A stretch of 64,000 bases of DNA from Eremomyces bilateralis CBS 781.70 (lineage: Eukaryota): NCBI GenBank assembly GCA_010015585.1, contig ML975170.1. One strand, 5' to 3'. Shown in pieces: positions 38,688-50,774 of the stretch (positions within the stretch are counted from its first letter, which is position 1; each line of letters opens with the position of its first letter). The translations under genes were made by a program, and so were the position numbers. Under the pieces are notes generated by a model, which made no database searches, had not been told where the DNA came from, and saw only the letters and a list, made by a program, of their open reading frames with translations.

Positions 38688-39745
38688 GTTGGATAGTACG
38701 AAGACAATTCGGGTCGGAAGCCTGTCTCGCGCTGGCTTCGTCCTCAAATCGAGCGTGGCAGGGACAGCGAGAGCGATATAGGTCGTCGAGGGGGGTCGAA
38801 GAAGGTAAAGATATACGTTCTGGCCCCGCACCCGGATCGGATATTATTAGAGCATGTGGTTGAAGTGTGGACGGTCGGAAAGCAATCGGATGGTTAATGT
38901 ATCCACGGATGAAAGGTCAGGATCAACAGTCGTTGGTTTAAGGTGCTCTCAACGCGCCGTTTATTGAAGCAATGTAATGGTTCTGGGTACTCAATGAAGG
39001 GCCCAGGCGAGTGGAAAAGATACGAGGAAGTAAATACAAGTGGATGAATAGGAATTCAAAAGAGCGACAGTGAAAATTGATCCAAGGCAGAGGTGGAGAG
39101 TCGAAGAGTGGTGGGATCGAGGAGGTGGAAAGGGTGAATCCCGTGAATGAGGCTTAGCGGAAGAATAGAGGAGGAATTGAAGGATTTCAGGAGGAAGCAA
39201 ACAAGGTTCGCCAAACAAGGATCGTTGGCGTTGCAAACTGCATATGGTCCAGGCGTCCAGCCGTCGAGGGGCGCCGGACGCAACAAAGTCGGGTCTGCGA
39301 GTTATCCTGTAATAGGCAGTTATCCACTAATAACGGCTAACACCTGGTGCTTCTTCCAAATGAGGTTAAGTTGGCGAGTTCAAACTTGAATCAACACCTG
39401 AATGGTTGCTTGGCTGGCGGGGATTCCGGATGGGTTTCGTTCATGATGATTCGGCCCCAATTGGCAGTCAATCAATATATTAATAGCCAAGGCATGATAC
39501 GGTTATGAAGAAGGGAATTGGAAACCTCAGAGAGAGAGAAACTCAAGAGAGAGAGCTAGAGGAGAGAGATAGCCAAAGGTGGGATTTGATCATCTGAATA
39601 GTGGGATGGGGGTGGTGTCGAATGTCGATCCTGGTCTGATCCCAATCCTGAAATCCTGAACTCTGAATGCCTGATGGAAGGATCAGTTCTGAATTCTGGT
39701 TACTCGACGGACGTATTATGCTTAGATCCGAAATGCTTCATGTCA

Positions 39746-39793
39746 GTTCCTTAATTCTCGGTTCCTTAATTCTCGGTTCCATAATTCTCGGTT
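39746..39793. repeat. 15-bp tandem repeat, about 3.2 copies
   Basis: GTTCC(T/A)TAATTCTCG at 39746, 39761 and 39776. Confidence 0.9.
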
Positions 39794-40690
39794 ACTTGAT
39801 CATTGGGCCTGCTCGCCTGGGTCTCCTCCATTCAGGGACTAGGTGATACCGATTACGATGCGTCCCTGAGGGCCTGAACTCTCCCTGGTCGCAGTCAACT
39901 AGTCTCTACCAAGACGGTCTTGCGAGCAAATCTTCCTCTGCCATCCACTCCTAGCTTCTTAACGATTTATTTCGGATTTCCAACTTGAGGAGCACAATGA
40001 CTTCAATGAGGTAAGACCACCGGTGATTCAAGTAGCAAGGTGGAGATGAGGGTGTTACTACAGTGTACTACCAACTCAGTCTGGTCAACAATCGTCAGTA
40101 CGGGGCTGGAGAGGACTAGAAACATCAAACCGGAATGGTGAAGACGGAAGCAGTGGTGGTGATCTGGTGGCTGGCGGACGCGACGGGGGGAAGTACATGG
40201 GATCATCGTATCAGATCCGATGTATCATCGTATGTATTTTTGTCTTGATGTGAGTGATGTGACGTGACGAGTCTCATGAATTATGATATCATGGGGATGG
40301 AATATTCAGATTGATCAAGACCATTGACCAAGTGACCAGCATAGCTTCTGATCTTCGGCTCTCCTCATCTTGAAATAGGTCTCCCCAAGCGGCTCAAGGC
40401 CCAAATGATTCAAATCCTCATTCTCTTCATCCAATTTGACGAACCCACTTCTACCCGAGTCCCTAAACACACCGGCGATTTTTAATGAGTTCGGGTCAAC
40501 TGGCGTCCCCTCCGGCCCCCAACGCCCCCCGCGAAGTCGTGTAATCTATTCCTGAAAGATGAACGATTGAATATCAACCGCTTGGGATTTTTTCTCCCCT
40601 TTCCCCATCTATTTGATGTCAAACTCCAACTGGATTCCGGAAGTTTGGACTCTTCGATGAGTTCCGAGGGAACACACCACCATTGTCTTC

Positions 40691-42877
40691 ATGCCATGCT
40701 GCAATCCCACCATCACGAATCCTCCAACGTGGGTTTGCCATCGATCACGCTCCTCGTCGGTGGTCGTCATCCGGAACTGCATCGTCATTCTTTTTGGATT
40801 TCTGGCTGTGCCACGTCCGGCTTCGCGTCGCTGGCTTCTGCCGCTTCGCCCACATCCCGTTCATTGGGTTCCCTCGGTTGACCAGGGACGTCCCTGTCAC
40901 AGACCGGATCTCCAGGACTTTGCACACCCCCAGCGGTTGGAACAACGTCATTCTCCTCCCAACCCCGACTTCTCCCACATCCCCCTCTTCTCACGCCTCT
41001 CTAGCCCACGACTAAGATGGAGCCCCGTAGATCCTTTGTCGCAGAGAACCAAGAAGAGCAGATATGACGCCCATCTCTGTCGCTGGTCCGTCCGAGGATA
41101 TGCAAGCTTGACAACCGCCACCGATATTACCGGCCGAGGGACTGGTTGCGAAGTCGAGGAGGTAGATGTCCCTGGAGCATCCAGTGGTTCAATTCCTATT
41201 CAGTATGTGCAGCTCTCTTGATCCTTCCCTGTTCTTCTTGCATATTATACGACATCCAGTCCTCGTTCAAGTAGAGACAAGACATGGATGAGCAAGCCAG
41301 TTGTCGAGAACATAATAGTGCGATGACTGTCTCGTATTGCACCATATTGGCTTGGCTTGAGCAAGGAGATGTCCAAGCCACTTTGAGTTCTGTAGACAAT
41401 ATCTCCTCGAGCTTCTCTATGGTCGGGCTCGTTGAGCTGGACGTTTTGCATATCACGCGCTCAATTGACCTCTCAATCATTTCGTTCACCTCAAGCGTGG
41501 TAAATCCTTTTGATACTGCCTTGTGTTTCCTGTTTCAAGTCGAACCTTTTATACTATACTCAACGGAAGATTATATAGACGGTTTCTTGAGTTTAGCTGG
41601 GCTGATGGTGCGTCTCCAGAATTTACCATCCTAGGTCGTTATCAGGCCTGGGCGCACCATATCGAAGAGCCATCCTTTACTTCCCTGCATTGCCTTACGA
41701 TGTTTTATCGGTCCCTGGACTCACCAACGATATCGACGCTCGAGATGCTGCTCTTCTTTGCGAGCAAACTGGGATTCCAGTCATCCAGATCAAATACCGC
41801 CTGAATTCGGTAGATCGCTATCCGAGGCCAATTCATGATGTGTTTGCAGCGTTTGATTGGGTCTCCCAAAATCTAGAACAATTAAGTAAGAGAAGTCATC
41901 TTAGGTCGGATGAAGATAGTGATGAGTTCTCGAATGGAGACAGGAAATGGAGAAACTCATCCCTCCGACTTGCGACTTACGGAAGACTCGTTGGAGCGCA
42001 GCTGGCTACGACCCTTGGCTTAATCGAGTGTCGAATGACAAGCGGTACGCCTAGCATTGTCGCAACCGCCGTGGATGACGCTGTTGTCGATTGGACCTTT
42101 CCGCAATCCGACATTTCCTACTTTGCCAATGACTCGAGCATACCAGCCGGGGCAAATTCAGGGTTCGATATCACTGACGATGACCTAAACCGCCAGTGGG
42201 ATGAGTTGCTCTCACTTGAGTCTGGTTCTTTAGTCGACGAGGTGGGCGGTGCCGTCATACAGGAGCCCCAGGTAACGAGAAAAAGAAGAAAGAAGCGGAA
42301 ACTTCCATCCTGGGAGAATTTCCCCAATGGCGGACCGTTATCAACCAGCACCCTCCTTGACCTCCGCGATCAGCTCTTCCGCCGTCCCTCACAAACCCTT
42401 GATCCTTTCGCGTCACCCCTTTTCTTTTTCCGCAGTAGTGGCATCGCCATTCCCGAACCAGGGACGGTCATTACGTCCACATCATCAGACCCAACCGTTC
42501 CGTTTGGTGATCCTTCAACTGCCCTTCCATACCACAATCGCAAATCCCACATGGTCTACCCTCCTACCGGATCCGGTCTGCGGCTCCCCGACTTCTCTAT
42601 AACCGCCTCCGGCACCTCGCCGCTACGTGACCAAGCCGAGGAACTTGCCAAGCTTCTCCGCCGAAGCGTGACGAGGTCAGAGGTGAAGAGAATGAAGACC
42701 GGGAGAGGCCTTGTGGATGATGTTCTGGATGACGGGACGATTCTCAATCATGCGGTCATGAAGGCTGAGAAAAGAGTTTTACTAGATGTGAGGGAACGTC
42801 CGCAGGGTTTGGGCAGAGACGAGACACTCTTGGTCGAGAAAGCTGCGTGGTTGAAGAATGTGCTGACGGCTGCATAA
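40691..42877 (+). CDS. Alpha/beta-hydrolase-fold protein (Abhydrolase_3-like, degenerate active site); start uncertain
   Basis: Exon 1 ends VDVPGASSGSIPI at 41202; intron 41203-41619; exon 2 continues IYHP..AILYFP..IKYRL..YPRPIHDVFAAFDW..TYGRLVGAQLA..DPFASPLFFFR..PLRDQAEE. Confidence 0.72.
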
Positions 42878-43051
42878 ACACGCCCCGCATTGCACGGAGT
42901 CAAATGGTTGTCGTGGACAGTGAAATCAGTCAAATACTTTGTAGAGTAGTAAATTCCCCGTTCGTACGCCATTGCTCATGCAAAATTCGATCAGAAATCA
43001 CCGATCCACGCTATCACGATATCAAGTCATCCCTTCATCACGACCACCTGT

Positions 43052-45939
43052 TCAATAATTCTCCGGCAACCCCATCGCCCCAAAGTCCGGATATGGCTCC
43101 TCGCACTTGAAGTCACGGTCATATGCCTTGGTCGGCAATATTCCCGCCTGCATCCCCAACTTCCAGCTCCACTGTACCGCACGCTCCGTTTGCCAGGTCC
43201 AGTAGAACCATCCCCACCCTTTCTCGAAGCTCTCCATCTGCGCCTCCGCAAACATGCGCAACCACTGTTTATACACGTCTGTGTATTCGCTTGGGTCCGC
43301 GTTGGAATCTTTGCATTGACACACCGGGTCGTTCTCGGTAGGACATGTCGGCCTCATCACACTCGTGCTCGCGTTCCCCGAGTTCAGCGTTCCTTCCCAG
43401 CGACTGCCGACACCGACATTGTTGAGAAACGTCGCGCAGTCCGTGTCCGCTTGTGACCACTCGCCGCACATAGTTGGGCCGAAGCCGGTCTGCTTGTTTT
43501 GCGACCGTACCGTCTGCGCGGTCCAGCCTTTGCAAGCGAAGTTCAACTTGTCGGTGTGTTCGAGCTTCAGCTGATCGACGTTGAAAATGACATATTGGTG
43601 GACATCCAGCACGAGTTTATCGTCCTCTTGGAGCTTTCCTTGCCACTTATCGAGGCCCATGAATCCGTCGCCGAAGACGAGTACGCCCGGGTAGTTGTTC
43701 TTCCGAATCAGAGAGATGGCTTTCGACGTCCAGTCGAGGACTTTGTTCGTGTCGAGGTCCACCATGCGCGGTTCGTTCACGAGACCATAGACCGTCACTA
43801 GGTTCTTGTACCGCGGTTGGGTGAAGAAGGTGCTGAGCTGATCGTGAATATCGAGCGTCCGCTGCGCATTGAGATCACCATCCGTGCCGTTCAGCCATCC
43901 CGCGGGCCCCTGCCGCCCACTGTGATTCCATCCATTCTGACTCCCCGGCGCACCATGCAGGTCGAGTTTCACGCGTAGTCCGTTCTGTCGGCAGTACTCG
44001 ATCCCACGGAGCATATATCGCCATGCGATTTTGGAGACGTACGGGTCGCCATCGTAGGTTGTGACGGCCCAGTACCCGAATGGGATACGGACGTGGTCAA
44101 ACCCAGCGTTTCGAATCTCAACAAACGTGTCGCGGGTGATAAATGAAGAATAATGCTGCTCCAGTGTTTGCGCTGACTTCGCTGGCCCGAGTTTGGAGGT
44201 GAACGTCCATTCGTCAATGACCCCGTCTCTTGCGCTGTACCGCGAGAAGAATGACGGGGTGATGAACGGCTCGAGGTTCAACCAGCCACCCACATTCATG
44301 CCGCGGATAGGTACTTTCCCGTACTGAAATTCGTCTTCCAGGTTTGGGACGTTGGGATTCGCTTGTATATCGTCGTCCCACGTGGAGTTGATGCCCATGA
44401 TAGAGAGTCCACCGACCGTCTCGGCGGTGTAGGTAAGATTGAAGTCGACGGTATCATACCAAGTGAAGGGGTCGAGAAGGGTGCCTTGCGCTTCGGGCGG
44501 GATGCTATCTTTTGTGACGCCCTGTAGGTTGTAGTTTGAGGGTCTCGTGGATTTATCGGTGGCCTGGCTCGGTGGTGACTCCTTGTTCTTCTTGTTGACG
44601 AAAACACCGACTGGGATGGCGATGAGAAGGATGGCGACGACAATGATACAGCAGATAACTAGGAGGAGTCAGTATGACGGGTAGACTGAGATATCCAAAG
44701 CCACTCACCAATCCGTTTCCGACGGCGTCTCTTGAACGCAGTTTCGTCGGTAAACTCGCTCACGGATCCGCCGCCTTTCCCAAGCATGTGCTCATAGAGA
44801 GTCGGACGGCCCTTTTCAAGAACCGTTCCGCTGATGATTCGCCTACCCGGGGCGTCTCGCTTCTCGTTCATGGTGGCACGGATCCTCCCCTGGGACGTTT
44901 CCTGCTTCTTCTTGTTCAGCCCCGGTAGCCACTTGAAGCCCGTTCTCCATTCCTTGAACATGGACTTCCGCTCATCTTCATCGGAGGTATATTCAGTGAC
45001 CTTTTCTTTAACATGTGCTTTCCGCTTGGTTCGATGAGGGGGCAAGTGATCTCCAGGTTTGTGTTTCATGCCAGTTTTCCACTCCTTCTTCATGATTTCT
45101 CGTTCGTCGATGTCCGAGTTGTCTTTATAGCCGTCATCACGGGAATCTAGCCGTCGCTCTTCCCTTCCCGTATCGACCTCTCCATCCGTGTGCGTATCCC
45201 TTTTTCCCCGCTCGGCTCTCCTCCTCTCCCGTTCTTCACGTATTCTCGCCCGTTCCGCTCTCCGCGTCTCCTTTTCTTCCCGCGCACGCTTTCTCTCCTC
45301 CCGTTCTCGTTCCCGCTCTTCCCCTTGTCTTTCCCGCTCTTCCCTCTCTTCTCGCCCCTGTTCTCTCGCTCTTCGATCTTCATCCCGCTCCCTCCGCCGT
45401 CCGTCACTTTCGCGACGCATTCTCTCCCGCTCCATCCGCCTCTCCCTGGCCTGAACCTGCGCCAGGTACTCTTCGTCATATTCCTTCCAGCCTCTTTGCT
45501 GATTCATCGTATCCAGCGCGGCTAGGCCAGAGGAAGACAAGTGACGCCCCGAGCCGCTCACTGTCCCACGGGTTGGCGTCCCATCTCCACTTGGGCCGCT
45601 CTCGTCCACTGTTCGCCGTCTGCGCCGCCTCTCACGGTCACGGTCTCGATCTACATCTTGACCTCTGTCCCTGTCCCTGTCCCTTGTGCGATGCCTTTCC
45701 CTCTCCCTTTCGCGACCGCTACCATATCGTTCATCTCCACTTTCGTTCCTGCTCCGGTGCCTCCGGTACCTGTCCTCCCGATCACGATTCTGTTCCGGCG
45801 AGTCGTTTTGTGGAAGTAATGCACCCGTGCTATCGGTCGCTTGGTGCCCGCGTCGTCGACGATGTTCGTTGCGGTTGGGACGCGCGCTCTGACGCCGGCG
45901 CGAAGAGTCCCGGGGGTGGTGTTCGCGGTCGTGGGGCAT
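43052..45939 (-). CDS. exgD: Membrane-anchored glucan 1,3-beta-glucosidase D (GH5)
   Basis: Long charged cytosolic N-terminus, KRRRRKR then a TM helix (intron about 44709-44659), then GH5 motifs RGMNVGGWLNLEPFITPS, DHVRIPFGYW, LDLHGAPGSQNGWNHSG, VNEP, DVHQY, GEWS, WFYWTW. Confidence 0.93.
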
Positions 45940-46787
45940 TCCAGGCGGGAGTTTGGACGGCGGGCACAGCACACAGAATGCGGCTCTTCAAAACAGCATG
46001 CATGGACTGGAATGTGAGAATGCTAAATGAATTGGTTGGATATATTTGTGCGACATGGAAGATATGAGTTCTATTGCAGATTGAAGATAGGGGTGTTTGC
46101 GTCTTTGGGGTGTCTCGGGCTGTGCGTTGCCCCCCCAACGGGCTGTGGACCACGTTGGCATCAATTTACCTTAGGTTGGACAACTTTCTTAATTCTTACG
46201 AAATATGTAGTTACAACTAAAACCCAATAAAGAACCAAACTCTATTCCAAAGGTCCTCACTATCGATGCGCAATAATTGATCGTAGCCACCCATTTGTTC
46301 ATGATGGAAGACTTTCAGGAGACGAGCCATGAAATTGCTTTTAGGGTCATGACTGAATTCACACTTCACGCCATCACGATTACACTCTGCATTGGATTCT
46401 AAAGTGGTGCCTCAATGAAACGCGGTGGAGGTTCATTTGCAAGGACCGAGGGTCCTTCGATTAGCCGAATCGCTAATTCTACGGTATATCCTCCGAGTCT
46501 ATAGGTACAAGAACTAATCTATGGCCAAGATCACCGGGTTATACCCAACAGCAGTCGCTCCGCGTGCGAAAGATTTGAGTCATGGAATGTCAGTGAAGTG
46601 AACTGACCGTTTCCAGACCCCGTTAACCAAGGTACCGTCCAATCCGCATTGGATCCTCCGCATGAGGAACTGTTCGACCGTGATTACGAATACGGAGTCA
46701 GGTGGATATCATGGGATCCGTAGACGGCCGTGGAATCATACATCGAGTGGCCTTCTCTCTGCCCACTACATCGAGAAATGATGATAT

Positions 46788-48413
46788 TCAAGAAGCGGCA
46801 ACTTCTCCATTCAGGGCCGCCTGTCTGCTTTGCGCATCCGTATATAGATTTTTCTTCTCGATGTATTCGATCACCTGCATAAGTGAGTAACCGAATGATG
46901 ATGTAACGAATGGTGGCTTACCATTTGTGGGACCAGATACCGGATGCCTATCCAACTGTTAGTGGACACTGATATGACTAACAGGAGATAACTTACTCAT
47001 ATCCTTTTTCAAAAATGCCCGTATCTTCGTTGAAGATACATCATTTTGAATGAGCTGATGGATGACATGGATATTGCTTTTCCATTTCTGGATTGTCATC
47101 AGCAATTGAAACCCGCATGATATACAATTCATTTCCGCACCTCCAGACTCGCTAAAGCGTCATCGATATTGGTTCCGGCTCGTTCGACTACAAGGAATGT
47201 TAGAACTTCCTCGGGAAGTAGTGGTAACGGGAAGTACCTATGAACGCGCCGTCTGTGAAATGATGAGTGTCGGAAAATAACCAGTGGGTTCGGAAGGAAC
47301 TTACAGTCGCCGAGTATATGTTGCAGATCTTCTTGCGACTGGTCTTGTTAGCACCGAAAACCGTGGCATTGGCCTGGAAATCCTTACCCAAACACCTGGT
47401 GTTGACATAGTCGAGATGAGGTCGGCGCCCGCAAGTAGGACAATCTTCGCTGTACGCCTCGAGCCGTCCGGCATTTCTACCCCTCCCATTCTTGTGTTGA
47501 TCTCATAGTTGAAGTGCTGTTTGGGTTAGGAAAGGGTCCGAGAGGGGCGTTACGGCGGACACTCACATCCAGCACTCTTGCGGTACTACATATGGTTAGC
47601 GAAGAAGATCCATGAGTTTGCGAGCAGAAAAACGTACGGTTGGTATTCTGTATGTCGAGCCTCCCAGTCGTCAACCATGACCCAAGACGATCGTGAGTCT
47701 GCATCGGCTTCGAGGGCCAACTAAGAAGCGTGAGAGATGGCGACTCGGAAAGGAAACGAACCATCCTACCTGGCACATATGTATCTAGGAGTCGGAGTTA
47801 GCAAGCGTCATGAGATGCCCAACATATCTCTTGACTTACCCGATCCTTCGCAGTGGCGAGTCCAGCTATGCGCGAGTCAGAATCGAGAGCCGTGCATCAT
47901 GCATATAGACCTGCAGTCTCACCTTTGCTGTATGCATCACCCACAGGCGACCTGCCACATGGTCAATCTAACACGATCCGATATGCGTCACCCAAGCCGA
48001 ACTTACAAATAGCCGGCAACGACCTCGAATTCTGTCCTTGGATATTTCGTCCACTAGGCCATTGGTTAGCCTCGTGCGCCCGCTGCCTGCCTTCCAACGC
48101 TTACGTCTTTCGCTAATTCGAATAGGCGGAGGTGAAGAAAGGTGATGGGAGAGAAACTGGGAACTTTGCGTCAGTACCGATCGGCTTGTCGGGGAACGTG
48201 TGCGAAGAGAGCCACGAACCTTCCGCAGGCAACCAAAACCAAAGGGACCTTGTCTTGCGAGCGATGCCTCGAATCGCGCTTGGCCGCGTGCTTCATGGAT
48301 ATGAACTTGTTCTTGGGAAAGGAATAGCCGTCCAGTTCGTCGCCATCCATCGCGAGCACCGGGGGAGGGGCCTGGGCAGCAACCTCGTCCCCGGCGCGCG
48401 GGGAATGCGTCAT
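46788..48413 (-). CDS. NMA1: Nicotinamide/nicotinate mononucleotide adenylyltransferase (NMNAT), 15 coding exons
   Basis: Manual splicing gives LVLVACGSFSPITFLHLRLFE, SPVGDAYSKAGL, MVDDWE, TARVLDHF, LLAGADLI, PGVWSQEDL, YGAFIVERAG, NDVSSTKIR, SIRYLVP..VIEYI. All 14 introns are GT..AG. Confidence 0.93.
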
Positions 48414-49066
48414 ATCGAAGGATCGGTCCGGATTCGAGGAGGCTAGATATATGTTCACGGCGGTCTCCTTCTGGGAAATCTCGCGATATGGTCGGCGATA
48501 GGGAATTGCCCGGTAGAAAATGGTCGACGAAGTTTGCTGGCGCACGCAATCGGGTGTGCCCGTGTGGGGTGGTTTTCTTGATGATGGACTAATATCGGTA
48601 ACTAGCAGGTGAGGGCTCAGTGGATGCCTAATCACCCGGGCTACAAGCCGGTAAGTCTAGACTCCGGACGCTATGGTGCATCGGGAAAGAATTACTCACA
48701 AGACAGTTGCCTGGTACAGTGTCTGTAGAGGAGCTTCGAGACGGTTTGATCAAGATGACTCAACTGGTCGGCGAACGGCGAGCGGGTAATCTGAAGAGTC
48801 GAGGCAAGTTCAGGCCGATGGTGGTGGGGAGTCGGAACTGAACGTGAAAGTCCAAGCCAGACTCTCAATCCGTATTCCTTCAACTGGTTTTATTAATAAT
48901 ATAGTCTCTAGGAACTCCGAGTGTGAGAGAGTCAGAAAACCGGATCAGGAGGGAGATGGAAGGCTGCAAATTTGGACGTCTTGACCCTTTAGAGGAACTT
49001 GTCTATGTAACCGTCTGCGGCTCTGGCTCACTTCTCCATGATTGAACGCCAACTGGCACATCAACC

Positions 49067-49110
49067 GGAACATCAACCGGACCATCAGCTTGATCATCAG
49101 CTTGATCATC
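49067..49110. repeat. Short tandem 12-mer duplications in the NMNAT-UFD4 intergenic region
   Basis: CATCAACCGGA[A/C] twice followed by CATCAGCTTGAT twice. Confidence 0.7.
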
Positions 49111-49810
49111 CGTCCATCTGTCTGGGAGATTGGTGAACGCCCCCTTCTATGGCATTCCGTACAAGAGTTAATTATGAGCTATTACCGTCCTTATTTCCAC
49201 GGCAATCCTTCCTGCTCGCATCCAGTATTGATCTCGTGTCTCCCCTCCAGCCCCTCCAACCCCCACCTGAAGCCTGATGCTGTAATCCACCCTACATGTC
49301 CTGATAGGATCCATCATTGATGGGCCGACGCCGGACACCCTCCCCGCGGCTCTGCCCGAACATGACAGTGGGATGGTGGGGTGGTAGGATGGTGGGATTT
49401 GGGGAGTTCAACACCATTGCAAGTACCTGGCGATAGGTATTCGATGTTGGGACCAGTATTACTACTACGTAGTATGACCTGAATCCATATGAGGATGAAG
49501 ATGGTGGGATGAGGATGATTAGACTCCACCAGTAGTGTAACTTATTGTCCTCTCCGGGACACGTATAATCGCCATACAATTGTATCCGGCGTTTGGAAGG
49601 CTCTCTTCGAATAAAACTTGACTCATCCGGAGGCCCCAGTGCTTCTCTTGAGTATTTATCTAGAAGTAGCCGTCCCGTACCGAACATGTTACCCCATCGT
49701 GCCCATGCAGCGGAGGGAATTTCCGGTCCCGCATGACGATACGGGGGAATTCGTATTCTGTAGATGTGAGATATAGAACAACAGCACTGCAAGTCTGCAA
49801 CGCAGCCAGA

Positions 49811-49849
49811 ATTGATCCAGATATTTGATCCAGATATTTGATCCAGATC
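49811..49849. repeat. 13-bp tandem repeat, 3 copies
   Basis: TTGATCCAGATAT twice, plus TTGATCCAGATC. Confidence 0.8.
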
Positions 49850-50774
49850 ATTCCGTACAGCGTCACCTCCTCACTCCATGGTACGTAGCGCATGGTAATT
49901 GGTAGTTTGGTACAACAGTGGACTTGCACGGCCCAAAAGTCAAGAGGGGAGGGAAATCCATCACCACGTCTCCGCTGCTTGTGGCACTGGTGGCTTTCTC
50001 AGCAACTTTCACCAGAATCGCAGCTTATTACACCACCACTGCCATCGGACATCGGTGCTCGAGATACTTAAGTAAGGTACCGACAGCTGCTTCGTAGTAC
50101 TACAGATTACAGAACCGTCTCTCGCACTGCACCGCGGACTCCATCATCGGAATAATTCGCCTCTCCTCCTTCTCTTCCGCTTCCGCTTCCTCCTCCTGCA
50201 TCACCGCCACCATCATCATTTCCGGGGTGTTTCGTAACAATATTCACCAAGGAGGTGCTGGCAAGTGCTCTTCTGAGTCTTCTTGCTTTCACGTTTCCTT
50301 TTCCATTTCCGGTTCCCTCCCACGGAGAATCCCCCAGTCTGCTGCATCGTCCTCCAATCCGTCCCTTCACATTCTTCGACCGTTCGACCACCCGACTTTC
50401 CACTGTCCCAACTTGTGTCGCCCAACACTCGGATCCTCACTTGGCTCATGGCGCTCGGCCTGTGTTGAGACTTCGGTGGGATGGACCTTACACCTTCGCG
50501 TCATCTGGAAAACCCATCTCCATTTGCTTCCAGGTACTGCTGAGTTCCTCCAATCTCATTTACCGCTTGTCAACTCCTCCACGCTTCTCTTCTTCTGCTT
50601 CATTGCAAACCGTAGTCGGTGGTCATCTTATCAAAGCCCGAAAGCTGGAAAGCTCTCGAGCTGCCTGGCTTAACTGGCTTTGATCGTCGAATTGCTGCCA
50701 TAACACGGTTGCGATTGGACCGCACGCCCTGCTTCATGCTACATCTTTCTCTTATATCTTAAAACCCCATTCTC

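Noticed and set aside
3632..48413. Possible NAD/PRPP gene cluster (PRS5, Tna1-like permease, NMNAT)
   Set aside because: The genes are 10-30 kb apart with many unrelated genes between them, and the permease substrate is unknown.
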